The notes beneath the pieces were generated by a model. That model saw only the letters and a list, made by a program, of their open reading frames with translations, was not told where the DNA came from and ran no database searches. DNA of 63,853 bases, the filler included, from Sluysia triapertura (taxonomy: Eukaryota), in assembly GCA_046118255.1 (NCBI GenBank). It is 5 parts of 5 records of this genome, joined end to end, with 100 filler letters (N's around TTAATTAATTAA, not from the genome) between each part and the next. Parts side by side here need not be neighbours in the genome. Positions count along the whole stretch, not along the records: positions 38,933 to 52,097 come from JBJNIA010055440.1; 4 more parts are not named here. One strand, written 5' to 3'. The first letter of the stretch is position 1. Every line of letters begins with the position of its first letter. The position numbers and the translations under genes were made by a program. Shown here in pieces: positions 38,933-50,568 of the stretch.

Positions 38933-41900
38933 AGTTTGGTATAAAGCGTATATACTAAGCGAACTGACCCTACAGATAATTTGTTAGGAATAAGGAAAAA
39001 TCTAACAATGTTTACAAGGTATAGATGTATATACTAGATATAGTTATACAAAATGTTACAATTATTTGTGTTTACCAGGTACAGTTAGTATGATTCTTAT
39101 GCAATAATGTTAATATTAATTCCCAAATTAATATTATGTCTCAAAGCTTAATTTTCAAAATTGATATTATTTTGTAAGTAAATTTTACAAAATATTTGAT
39201 GAGATTAAAGTCTAGTTTTTATTTTTATAAAAATTATTATCTTAATAGATAAAAAACTAGCGATTTAAATATAAAATTATAAATTAAATTGATCCAAATA
39301 ATATGAGAGTATATGGTCTGCTCGGTCCACATTAATAGATAAATAGTCTCGTCACTAAGAATGATAAAATAACGTTAAAAAATTGTGTTTGGATCTAGTA
39401 TTTTTACTAATAATCATCTGTTTCTATAAACATATGATATTAGTGATGTTAGTTATTCGATTACCATGACAATAATAATATTTTTTGATTTTTAATGATG
39501 TTTCTTTGTTAAATAATAATAATATTGTTACGTAAAAACAATAATTAATTTATGACAATTTCTATTATTTTATTTTGATTTTCCAACTTTTAATAATTAT
39601 TTTATTTTAGTTTTTTAATTTTAAATGTTTTGGATTTTCAAATTTCTACTAATTAATTTATTTTGGTTTTTTTAATTTTAAATATTTCAAACAACTATAA
39701 CTAGTTATGATCATTTATGCATATAAATTATAATTATTATTAAATTATAAATTGTTTTTTAGTTATTATTTTAGTTATTATCACTTTATATTATTTTACA
39801 CTTTACACTTGCAAAGATTCAGTAAGTTATATTTCTGTAAGTTCATTTCAATCTTACGGATTGTAATAATAAAATCTCACGAAACAACATTTGTTGACCC
39901 TGATCTACCGAGAAAATTTTATATTCAAATTATATTATTAAAGATCCTTTGGGAATTTAATTGTAAAATTTTCATTTTTATTGTTGTTCCTATTTGATTA
40001 CATTCTTCCATTATATAATAATTGTTAATAAAGTTTTCAGTTCTTTCTTCGTTATTAATATTCGCTTTAAAAGAAAATTAAATCATGTAAGAAATCAATT
40101 AATCGATTGTGATAGTAGAAAACGTTTTTGGACATAATTTACAAGTAGTTTTTTATAAATTTAAAAAGAAAATTTCTTTAATGTGAAGAATAATAAATAC
40201 AAGAATTAGGATAGTGATGATAAGATAATAATAATAATGGTAAAGTTATAAAAATGACAATTCCATAGAATAATATTAGCACAATGATAATAACAGAAGA
40301 AAATAAAGCAAAATAATAATGAAAACATAATGACAGCAATAATAACATATACAAGTGAAAAGAATTATATTTTTTATTTTCCTTTGGATTTAAATGAAGA
40401 AACCGTGAGTATTATTGGCGAAATATTTTATTAGTGCGAGAATGCATAAATTTTGAAAATAAGTGATTGTTTGTTGAGCTTGGTTGTTAAAAAGTTTTGG
40501 TAGGGTGTGTAAATGTGATTCGGACTCACGACATTCTAAATAAATGTTTTAAGCTTGGTGATGCAGTGATACTTTATGAAACTGCTCAGAATATTTTGAA
40601 AAATAATGATTATGATCGATGGTAAATGAAACCGTTCTATTAAATTATTTTCAAGTAATAAAGGTTACCTTACAGAATCTGTAAGCTCTTTATTGACCGT
40701 ACTTAATTCAAAAATGCTTACAAATATTGATACTACAAAAGTAACAAAAATTTTGAATATCGTATTAAATGTCACCGAAATTTAATTCAAACTCTAAATT
40801 CTTACATTATGTTTTAATTTTAATGGAAAAGGTTGGTGCCGAATATCCAAAGGTGTGTGACGTCATTCATCATGTCGATTTCTTCTGAAATATCCAGTCA
40901 GTAAGATAAAAATTGACCTTTCTGGTGAAATCAATAAAAAAGGTAATAAAATTTTAAAAGCAAGTTTTCGAATGTCTGAAGATAAATTATTTAATATCCA
41001 AATGTAGGAATAAAACATATAAGGAAAATGTTTAATCTTCCAAAAAACTTCATAAAATAATACATCTCAGATCTAACTTAGAAAATTTATGCGATAAAGA
41101 TAGTCATGCAGAAGATTATCTTTATATAGAAAATGATTTTGAAACTGATGATTTAGAATCAAATGACTTTATTCTATATGTAGAGCTAAATCACTCGATT
41201 TCTTTAATGACAGCGATAAGTCGAAAGCACCAATTCACGAAATGCTTCCCTTATTAATCATGAAAACGAATATTAAAAGTGCAATATATCTATTATGGAA
41301 TTCAAAAAATTCCATTTTGACTATGGCTTATGAAAACCTAGTTATAATTATGCTATAACAATGGAAACCATATATTCGTAAAAACTCCCACTCATACTTT
41401 AGTGACTTTCTAAGTGTCGCATGTTTATTTTTATTTCGAATTATTGTAATATTATTTCGTGTTATTTAAGTCGTGTTTCCCTGAATTAACCAACAATTGG
41501 ATCCCTTTAATTAAACGCAAGATTTTTATAATGTACTTACAATTAAGTAACCGTGATGTTGCCTTAAGCATCAAAGTAAATCTTCAATAAATTGGTCTAT
41601 GTGTAGTAACCAAAGTTTTAAAGGTTTTCTCTAATAACAAGATTTTCAAACACCTTAAGTGTTACACAATTACTATTTCAACGCCCCTTTTACCAAATAA
41701 TATAATATAAATATGGTTTTGAAATTTCTACATAAGCATTATAATTTTTTTCAAAAAACAAAGAGATTATTAAAGAATATTCATGGATAATTGAGAATAA
41801 ATCGATTAGAAATTAAGACAATAAAATTGAAGTTTCAAAATATTCAATTTGATGTAGTTATGAAATAAAAGCACATCAATAAATTTTACAAATCTTAAAA

Positions 41901-41958
41901 CAAAATTGCCTTTTATCAGTAAAGTATTCGAATTTAGTAACAAATAAATGGAACTAAC

Positions 41959-42519
41959 TTTTGGAAATGTAGTTCTTTCATCACGCGGATAAACTTTAGT
42001 TATAATATTAGTTTTTACTGGGAGCCTTGTATATTCAGCATATCCAGGTCGATGCCGAGGTAGTTCCTTTTTCTTCTTTTCTTTTTTAGGCTTTTCTTTT
42101 GGAGGTGGAGGTGTTTTATAATCACTGGGTCTAAAAGGTTTCTGAGGTAATTCATAAGACATGTAATCTGGAACTTTAGGTTCATATGTAGGACAGATTG
42201 TTTTTTTATAGTTAAAATCATTATTATCATCTAAGTAAAACCATTCGCAACGCGGATATGGTTTTGGTTCTTTTTTTATACTACTATTATCATGATGGTA
42301 TAATAAATCGTGTCTTCCATTCATTTTACTCATTATTTGATAGGGAGTATCAGTTGAACGGAATTTACTTACTGGTAAAGGTAAACTTTTTTGACATTCC
42401 TCGTACGATATACCTAATCCTGGTATACTAGAAAGAGGAGGATATCCTTTTGGTTCTCTATATTTAGGAACTGGCATTTGATGATACATCCAACCAACGT
42501 CTTTAACTGATTGTTTCAT
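41959..42519 (-). CDS. C7orf57-like uncharacterised protein (DUF5524-like), first exon
   Basis: WMYH...PPLSSIPGL...TDTPYQIMSKMNGRHDLL...PYPRCEWFY...VPDYMSYE parallels C7orf57 WYYH...PPASQIPGL...TDSEYVKLAKQGGRPDLL...PDWY...MPDYMVHE (recalled). Donor AAA|GTTAGT at 41959. Confidence 0.7.
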
Positions 42520-44351
42520 TATTTATGTATTATAATTTTTCACTTACAATTTATAGAAAAATAATTACTTAAATTTAAAATTACATTCAATACATAAAAA
42601 TTTATTGGTTTTCATTTATGTAATAATTTTTTTATTTCATGAAATGAATAATTTTTAATAAATACTTTAGAATCCCAAATTATACTTTGTGATTACACAT
42701 AAATATAAATCAATGACAAAAGTGTATAAATATGCCTTAAAAATTAAACACATTAGGCTATAATTTATATATTAGGTTATCTTGATTTGAAACACGTCTC
42801 TTTGATTTTTAAAAAAGTGTGAAAATAATGGAATCACTCAGCGTTTATTCATTATATGGTAGAATTAGTTGAATAAATTCATTGTACTTTAAGATGACAA
42901 TTAAATAAAGTACAAAACCAGATTGCAATGATGAATTGATGCATTGTGCAATGTAAGTGACATCATATAATCACAATAGACACGGGTGTTGATGGACATG
43001 TATCACTCTTGTGGATTCAACTGATTTTATGGATTTAAAACAAAGAATAAACCCATTTGTAAATTTTCGTGAGTTTTCTTAACACTAAAGAAAAATAAAT
43101 AAACTTAATGGGTTCGGCTACATTTTACGACTTAAAATACACAATAGTCATATCTGTAGCCATATATGGCTTTTACTCTTACAGTATTGCCAAACGGAAT
43201 ATTAGAATGTTTCTACACAGAGTCCGTGTAACAATGAAGAATACGATGAAGATACGATTTTCGTCAAATAACATCATCAGAGCATCACATATTAAGTCAA
43301 ATTCAGTAGCTCCGGCTGCATTTCGGAAAACGATTAAGTGAAATTCCATTCATAAACTAGAAGATGAATATAAACAAGTATTGCAGTTTCGTGCTCAGAA
43401 TATCTATTCAGAAATGCGTTTCAATTGTTTGTTCCGAAAAAGTAAATAAATAGATTTTTAAAATTGGCAGATTTAATAAAATTTTATCAACACGGAAAAT
43501 AAATAAGCGCTGATCCAACACTTTACCGACAATAGTGGATGAAAATGTCAATGATCTTCTGGCATTTGTCATTTGGTCACTAGAAAAGGTTTTAATAAAA
43601 AAAGAATTTTTTCTCATTAACTGTGTTCACGCAGATTCTCATTATTCAAGACCATTCAAAAATTTTTCATCAATACTTGTAATTTATTAGATCCTAATGT
43701 TCGAAAAGATTCGGTCAAATCAATAAGTAAATTAACCCAAAATGAAATTCAATAACGATGCATGTAGAGTAATGAGTGAGTCCCATCGATCATAGGCTTA
43801 CGCATATAAAATAAGTAAATTAGAGGTTAAATTGAGTTAGATGAATTATACTGTAACATCAAAGAATTTCTCAACAATTAATAAGGAGATGTCAAGGTAT
43901 GAATTAAGGAAATTATTGGAATTTCCCAGTTAGTGAATAGAAAATAGGTTAACAGGTTAGAGAATTTAAAATATGTTAGAAAATATCTGAAACATAATAA
44001 TAGGAGCATAATTAAATACTGTTAGAGCAATAATGATGAAGAAGAAAATGTTTACAATCATTTTGAAATCGAAGAAGGCCTTTGTAGGGTATTAAGACCC
44101 TTATGGAAGCTTAAGAAGGGTTTGGAAAGATGTTTTAAAGAATGAAGATAGATTAAAAATTCTGGACATTAGGATCATTTGAGACCTTGTTGATCTTTTG
44201 GAATTTTTGAAGACCTTCGAGTAACTTTGTAAAATATTTGGAACCTTTAAAATTTTCAAGAATTAAAATCATGGTTAATGATATTAAAGATAAATTTAAT
44301 AATTAACATTAAAAAAGTATTATAGTGTTTTGTGTTTGATTGTGTAGGTTT

Positions 44352-45931
44352 TTAGGGCGTTAATATGGACTTAGTAAGATGTTGTTTGAATAGAACGACA
44401 ATATAAGTGTCAATATATTGGTTGTGAATCATCTTGAAAGAAAGGTCTAATATATTAGAAATCATTTTATTATTGTGCTTTGGAGGAAATATATACAAAA
44501 TTATCTTGGAGCTCGTAAATTGTCTTTTATTATTTAGAGACTGAGTCTCCGTCATTTCATAATTATTCGAAAGTTTAAAACCTTTAATTTCTTTATATAT
44601 AAACTCTACGTATTGAATTTTAAGATTATTAAAAAGTTTATCACTATGAAATTTTAAGTAACTACGAAACAATGATTTCTCTTTTATAAATAAAGTAGGA
44701 ATTTCACGATCAACAAAATGATACTTTATTAATATAACATTTAATGTTAAAGTTTGAGAATAAAGAATTTGTCTTGTACTTTCCTTGTAGACCCTTGCAG
44801 ACATCATTGTTGAGCTTCAATGATCCGGATGCTAGGTATACAAAATTGATAGACTAAAATAAAAGTCAATGTATAAACGAAATTAAAGCTTACATTGATA
44901 GATACAACTTCATAGAAAAATTCGTTCATCACTTTTATAAATTCTTCGTTTACCGAAACATTTTTAGGTACTGGTTGATTCGATATTGCGTAATATTACT
45001 ATCATAATAAACATTAAGCATGTTATATATTTGATTCAGGTTGAGTTTATATTCGTAACGCATCAGGTATGATAATGATTCATCGAAGGCATAATAGATA
45101 TAGTATTGTTTGGATCCAACACTTTTGGTCGCGACCATATAAACTTTTACTTTACTAGTATCAAATTGGGATCCTTGTATCTGAAGTAAAAATAGTCATG
45201 ACTTATATTGATATATCTCTGACAATTGGGAAAAGCATGATAGTCGACCATAACTAAATGTATCACTGACATATTCTCAAATGATAATTTCCTGTAATCG
45301 AGTACGATTAATTTTAGGGAAACAGGAACAATACACGACGACCATTCTTTGTTAATATGACTTAATTCTTTTTTGACTTCATCGTGTTGTAACATTGTCC
45401 GGAAAGCAATGGATGAAAAATAGTTGTCATAAACATGACGATTTACTAAATTATAGAATTGAACTGATCCGCGTGGTGTAATTAATAAATACACCTGACT
45501 GAAATATGAATTTTTATCATCAGTATGTTTTGGGTTTTGTGACATGATATTTATAATAATACTTGTATCCGTATTTGTTGTAAATTCTTGCGTAAATAAA
45601 TTCATCTTTATAGATAGCTGTGGTGGAATGTAGTTAATTTAAAATTGAACATGTGAAAAGGTCACCACGTATTGTATAATACTAATCTTTTTATAAGAAA
45701 GAGGTACCAAATTAGATATATTCCACCGATGGTCCATAAAATCATATCTAGTGTAATCCTTGAAAACGCGTCGCAACACCTCCACAAAATCATATATCCA
45801 ACATCGGAAGTCGTGATAACTAATTTCGAAGATGGAATGAACAAAACTTTCATCGCATTAAGTTTGGAAGAATGTTTCGGCCTTTTAGCCATTAGCACAA
45901 TTAGTGATTTTTTGTTGTCTGTTAAGATCAA
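44352..45931 (-). pseudogene. Run of four co-oriented ORF fragments, probably one frameshifted gene with weak WD40/beta-propeller-like motifs
   Basis: Closely spaced ORFs 45931-45662, 45605-45147, 45138-44950 and 44807-44352. VLFIPSSKLVITTSDVGYMILWR and LLITPRGSVQFYNL resemble WD40 strands. Confidence 0.35.
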
Positions 45932-46559
45932 ATCTAATGTATTTCAACTCTTTTTTTGATTTACTGTTTATTGCTTATTCAACTATAATTGTGCCTATCT
46001 AAAAATAGATCATGTTGAGTCTCTGATTGATTGTCCAATCACGACTTCGACAAAAATTGAAATGAGTGATACCGGTCGCGATTGGACATATATTATATTA
46101 TGTATAGTGATGGCAAACCATCATTAATTATGACAAAGTAATAAAGTAAAATGTCGCCATTGATGATGGCGACGACAAAATTTAATTTAGCATTCAAAGC
46201 CATTAAATGATTGATAATAGTAATAACAATAATAATATTGTTATTATTATTATTAATGAATAAAATTAAAGTACATAAATATTTCTCACTAAAACTTTTT
46301 CTTAGAATCTTTACTTCTACATATGAACAAAATAAAAAGGAATAAAACTGATGAAATATTATGAAGGAACAACGATAAAAAGGTATATTATGTCTCAGTT
46401 ATCGTTGTTGCTTCTTGTTAAGATAATGAATTGTTTAAAGGTTTGAAGTATTTATTTGTAAAGATAAAAGAAATGATTTGGATTGTACTTGAAACGAAGA
46501 TTGTTAGAATAAATTACTAAAATTTATTAAGAATTTGTAATTGAAAATAAATTTTAAGC

Positions 46560-47097
46560 CTTGAATATGATAGTTGAAATGGATATTGAAAGATTGTAGT
46601 TTATTTAGTTTTAAAGAACGATTACAAAATAAATCTTAACGTATTTATAATGTTACGAATAAATGTTGATGATGAATATGTATATATGAAGTAGATTTAG
46701 CTTGGTGGAGTTGGTTAAAGGTTTTAATGTAAATGTTTTCTAATTCTGAGGTACTTGTTAACGTTGTTGAATGGTGTTATTGTGTTTATGATTTGTGTAT
46801 TATATATTGTGGTTGTGGTTAGTTTGAAGAGATAGCTTTTGAGTAATTGTTGTGAATTATTCGAGATTAATTATCAAAGTAAAGTATGAAGTGGATGATT
46901 GAGAGTGTTAATCGAGTTGTTGCTAAATATGAGTTGTTAAGATATTATGAATGTGTAGTGTTTAAGATGATTGAGTTGATGTAATTCGATAGTAAGGGGT
47001 GTGATTGTTTTGGAAATTATATTTTAGTGAAATTTAAATTATGGATATTGAATATTAAATTTTATAAAGTTTTAGGTTGTGAGTGTTGGCCACTACA
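46560..47097 (-). mobile_element. TGTAGTGGCCAAC-start LTR-like repeat truncating the adjacent RT; inner boundary approximate
   Basis: Terminus identical to 13199-13211; strong G/T skew on the + strand. Confidence 0.5.
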
Positions 47098-49560
47098 TGT
47101 GCCTTTTTGTGGTTCATGGAATCTACAATTTCCTTCAATGAGTTTAAAAGGAAATTGTGTTCCGTGCATCCATCCGATTGGAGAAGAGCGGCTTGATAGT
47201 CACTAAGTTGCCGCTCTTTATCAATGACAACAATCTGTCATTCATCACCTTGGCAAAGATCCTATAGCTAGAGTCCACAATAGCTATGGGTCTCCACGAA
47301 GCCACTTCATGAGAATGGTCAAACTTGTTTGGTTTGATGATAAGCAGCGTGTTAAATTGTTTCCATGCCGTGGGCACCCTGTTCTGGCTAAGAATCATGT
47401 TGAATAATAGAGTTAGAAACTTGCCAGAAGGGACGGTTGCCTTGATCTGTTCGAAGGTGATTTTGTTGGGACCGGGAGCAGTATTCTTACAATGCGTTAG
47501 TGATAGCATTGTTTCGATTTCTAGGTTCGGTTGATTGGTAAGGAAGTAGGGTAGATTTTTGACGGCATCAGGATTGAAAGGTGGAACTGCCATCGCTGTA
47601 ATATTGGCAGATTTCCTGTGCTGATGGATTCGTAGGAGGGCTGGCAGTACCAGTTATCAACTTGAAGGATTTTGACTGATTGTCATTGAATACTTTATTA
47701 AGGTCGGGTTTTAACGGTTCCTCTTGCAGGCTCCGCTTGTTCCGCGCCAGAATGTTCGGGAATTTGGCTGGGTGAAGCTGTTATATGATGGTGCAAAACT
47801 CTCCAAAGGCATCACCAACGGACATCCCAGTATTGCTCATTTTGTTATAAAGCGTTTGAATCGATGGGTGAGGTTGTGTAGATTTCTGTCCGGATTTCAC
47901 ACTTCTAGCCACTGCGTTATACAACTTGATTCTAGTGGCAAGTATGTCAGGTTCAGTAAAATGTTGCAACCTAGGAGTCTGTATTGGGAGGCAATGTGGC
48001 AGATGAAGGGGCCACAATCTGTTGGACCAGTTTGGATGGGGTAGGGAATTGGTTGATATTGAAACGCCTGAGGTTGTGGATACATGGGCAGGGATATGTG
48101 AGAGGTGACCACGTAGCTGATATAATGACTTAAGTACATAAGGTGTTTTGGATCTGAATTCAGCGGATCGATTATGGTGTACGAGTTGGCATTCTTATTG
48201 AATATTATCATGGTCCAGAAGATGTAGGACCATGTGGACAACTTCGGTAGTGGGAAGTTGTTAAGAAATGCCTGTTCATCATTGCATACAGTAAAGTTAG
48301 ATGTAATGTAATCGATGACTATCGACTCACGATCCGCTATGTAGGTGTTGAAATAGGTCATTATAGCGCAACCGGTTAGTCAATCCGACTCGTGTATAGA
48401 GTCGAGATCGGTCATGGTCACCTCAGTTGGCAGCTGATTGGGGCTGGTGTGACTTGCGAGATGTTTCACAAAGGTTGCATGGGAATTAAAGTAAAGGTTA
48501 CAGGTACATTGAACCATTACAGCCTTCCCAATAGGCAACTTGTGAATTTTTTGCTGATGCCTTCGCAAGTTTCTACCATCATTAGTATTAAACTTAAAGT
48601 TCTTTTGGCAGCTGCAACATTGGGCGTGTTCCAAGTCAATCCTTTTATAATGATTGATCTGATTTACTTCATTCGCAGAATTCGATGATGACACAATTTG
48701 TCCAGCATCGCGTATTGTATTATTGATTGATGAAGCAAATAGGTCGCTGCTTGTAGTGGAACATTGAGCGACATTGGGAGCACTGTTAAACAGATCTCCG
48801 GATGGGTTCATCGATGGTTCATCAGGAACCAGTATAATTGATCGCTTGGATGGAGGAGAATTGGAAGGTGATGAGGTGATCTGGGAGTGTGCACGTTTCA
48901 AGGAACTGGGCATATCCGCATCATCCATGGGTTCCGTGCAGAGATTAGGTTCAGGAAGAGGAGTTTCCTGAGTTAACGCAAAGTATGAGTGGCATGTCTC
49001 AGCTATGCTTTGCTATTTTTGGGTCTATTTGACCTCTTTATTTTTTCTATTCTTTCTGTATTTATTTTTATACTTATTTCCAAACTGGTTAATGCCCAAA
49101 TTTGTAGTGATTTCAATACTGGTAACACCACACGTGATCTTAACCTATGTGGAGTTTCCACTGACAGTATTTTCTTTTTTCATCGGTTGTGCAATTTTTT
49201 TAAACTTTATTTTTCTTTTTCAGTTGCGTAATTTTAATTTGATTTTTTAGATTACTTTTTTTGTGTGCAACAAATCTTATTTGATCAACAAACGAATCTT
49301 GAGTCATCGTTGGTTGATCAAACTTGAAGTTTCGTATCCGGGTGGCTTTATTGACCTTATTAGGTTGCATTGTATACTGTGAGTTGTTGACTTGTTTCTG
49401 GGGCCCCATTAACGCTGCCGAATCATAGTTTGGCAGGTCATACTTAACCATAGTTTTATTACCAATGGGAGCTTGCGGCATAGTGTCAACCACATTCATG
49501 TTAATTGTCGGTGGAACCTTTATTTTTGTAACTGATCTTTACAAAGTCAGGTTTGGATTT
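47098..49560 (-). mobile_element. Decayed non-LTR retrotransposon of the R2 group, NeSL-like (C2H2 zinc fingers + Ulp1-like protease + N-terminal RT), 3'-truncated
   Basis: CCSC...LRRHQQKIH and CTC...F.SH...KHLASH (48380-48928); WTMIIF...IIDPL...PIQTGPTDCGPF (47897-48361); RT TAPGPNKIT...VPTAWK...LIIKP...SWRPIAIVDSSYRIF, and after a frameshift Q...DGCTEHNFLL. Several stops and frameshifts; higher GC than flanks. Confidence 0.85.
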
Positions 49561-49849
49561 CTTTTTAAGAAAATGCAAAATAATTTTATGAATTAAATAT
49601 ATTTTTTAAACAATGTTAATATAAAATATTTTTATTTTGAAAATTAAAAATTTAAAAATATGGATTACTAAATTTAATTTATAATAATAACGTAATTTGT
49701 CAACTTAATTTAAGGATAAAATGAATGAAATAATAAATTTATTTCTCATAGGAATCTTTCGTATAATTTAATTCATAAAATTTAATTCGTAAAATTCGTT
49801 AGTTTGATTATTCGTTAGAATTTTATCCACAACCTTTTTACAACATAGA

Positions 49850-50094
49850 TTGTTATGAATGGTTGATTACAATGTCTGTAGGGACTTGAATGTTTTTACT
49901 TTTGTTGTATTTATCTTTCTCCGTGTTCCATTGAATAGTGTAATTTATCATATTGAGGTTCTAATGTCTGAGGTCAGACATTTTTGTCGGGAATGAGAAT
50001 GGTGGGATTGTCCAACTGTGAATTAGGAGGTGAGAAAAAGATAGAATTACAAAATTAATTCTTTTTAAGCTAGTAATTTTTTAAAGACGCAACA
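49850..50094 (-). mobile_element. LTR fragment, TGTTGCG family; inner boundary approximate
   Basis: Terminus matches 12806-12832. Hairpin AAAATGTCTGAC..TCAGACA is shared with 63740-63765. Confidence 0.55.
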
Positions 50095-50274
50095 CATTTA
50101 CAAGTGATAAAATGCGCATAAATAATAGCAATAAATATAACTAATGATAATTATAAAAATGACTGTTTATGTTTTGAATGACTGGAGTAATTTACTTAGT
50201 GTTTTGTTTGTGAGAAATGTTCATAGGTGATGAAATGTATTTGATTTTGATGTGAAAATGTGGACTTCACTACA

Positions 50275-50568
50275 GTATATACTATTTTAATTATATATTG
50301 AACTCAAACTTACATATACTTAATTAATTACCTTAAAAGCTTGATAAATAAGAATTATAAAGTCATTAACCTCAAGAAAAATTACTTAGATTATTGTCCT
50401 CTATAAGAGTTACATTTTGAACACTAAAGAATTCCGCCGGTCTAGCCGTAACTCGTAAGCCTAGATACGTCGGTGAACTCACGAAAAAGTTATTTCTTTT
50501 ATTCTACATAAATTCTATAACTCACATAAAAACCGCAACAGAATAAACTGGTGCCCAGAGTGAGGATC
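50275..50568 (+). mobile_element. 3' part of a 5' LTR followed by a tRNA-Met primer-binding site
   Basis: LTR end CCGCAACA at 50540. TGGTGCCCAGAGTGAGGATC (50549-50568) is complementary to the 3' end of eukaryotic elongator tRNA-Met (TGGTGCCCCGTGTGAGGATC, 2 differences from the recalled vertebrate sequence). Confidence 0.7.

Noticed and set aside
43240-43300. Hammerhead-like CTGATGA...GAAA on the minus strand (also CTGATGAG at 12505)
   Set aside because: Stem II register is off, and no stem I/III with an NUH site could be formed.
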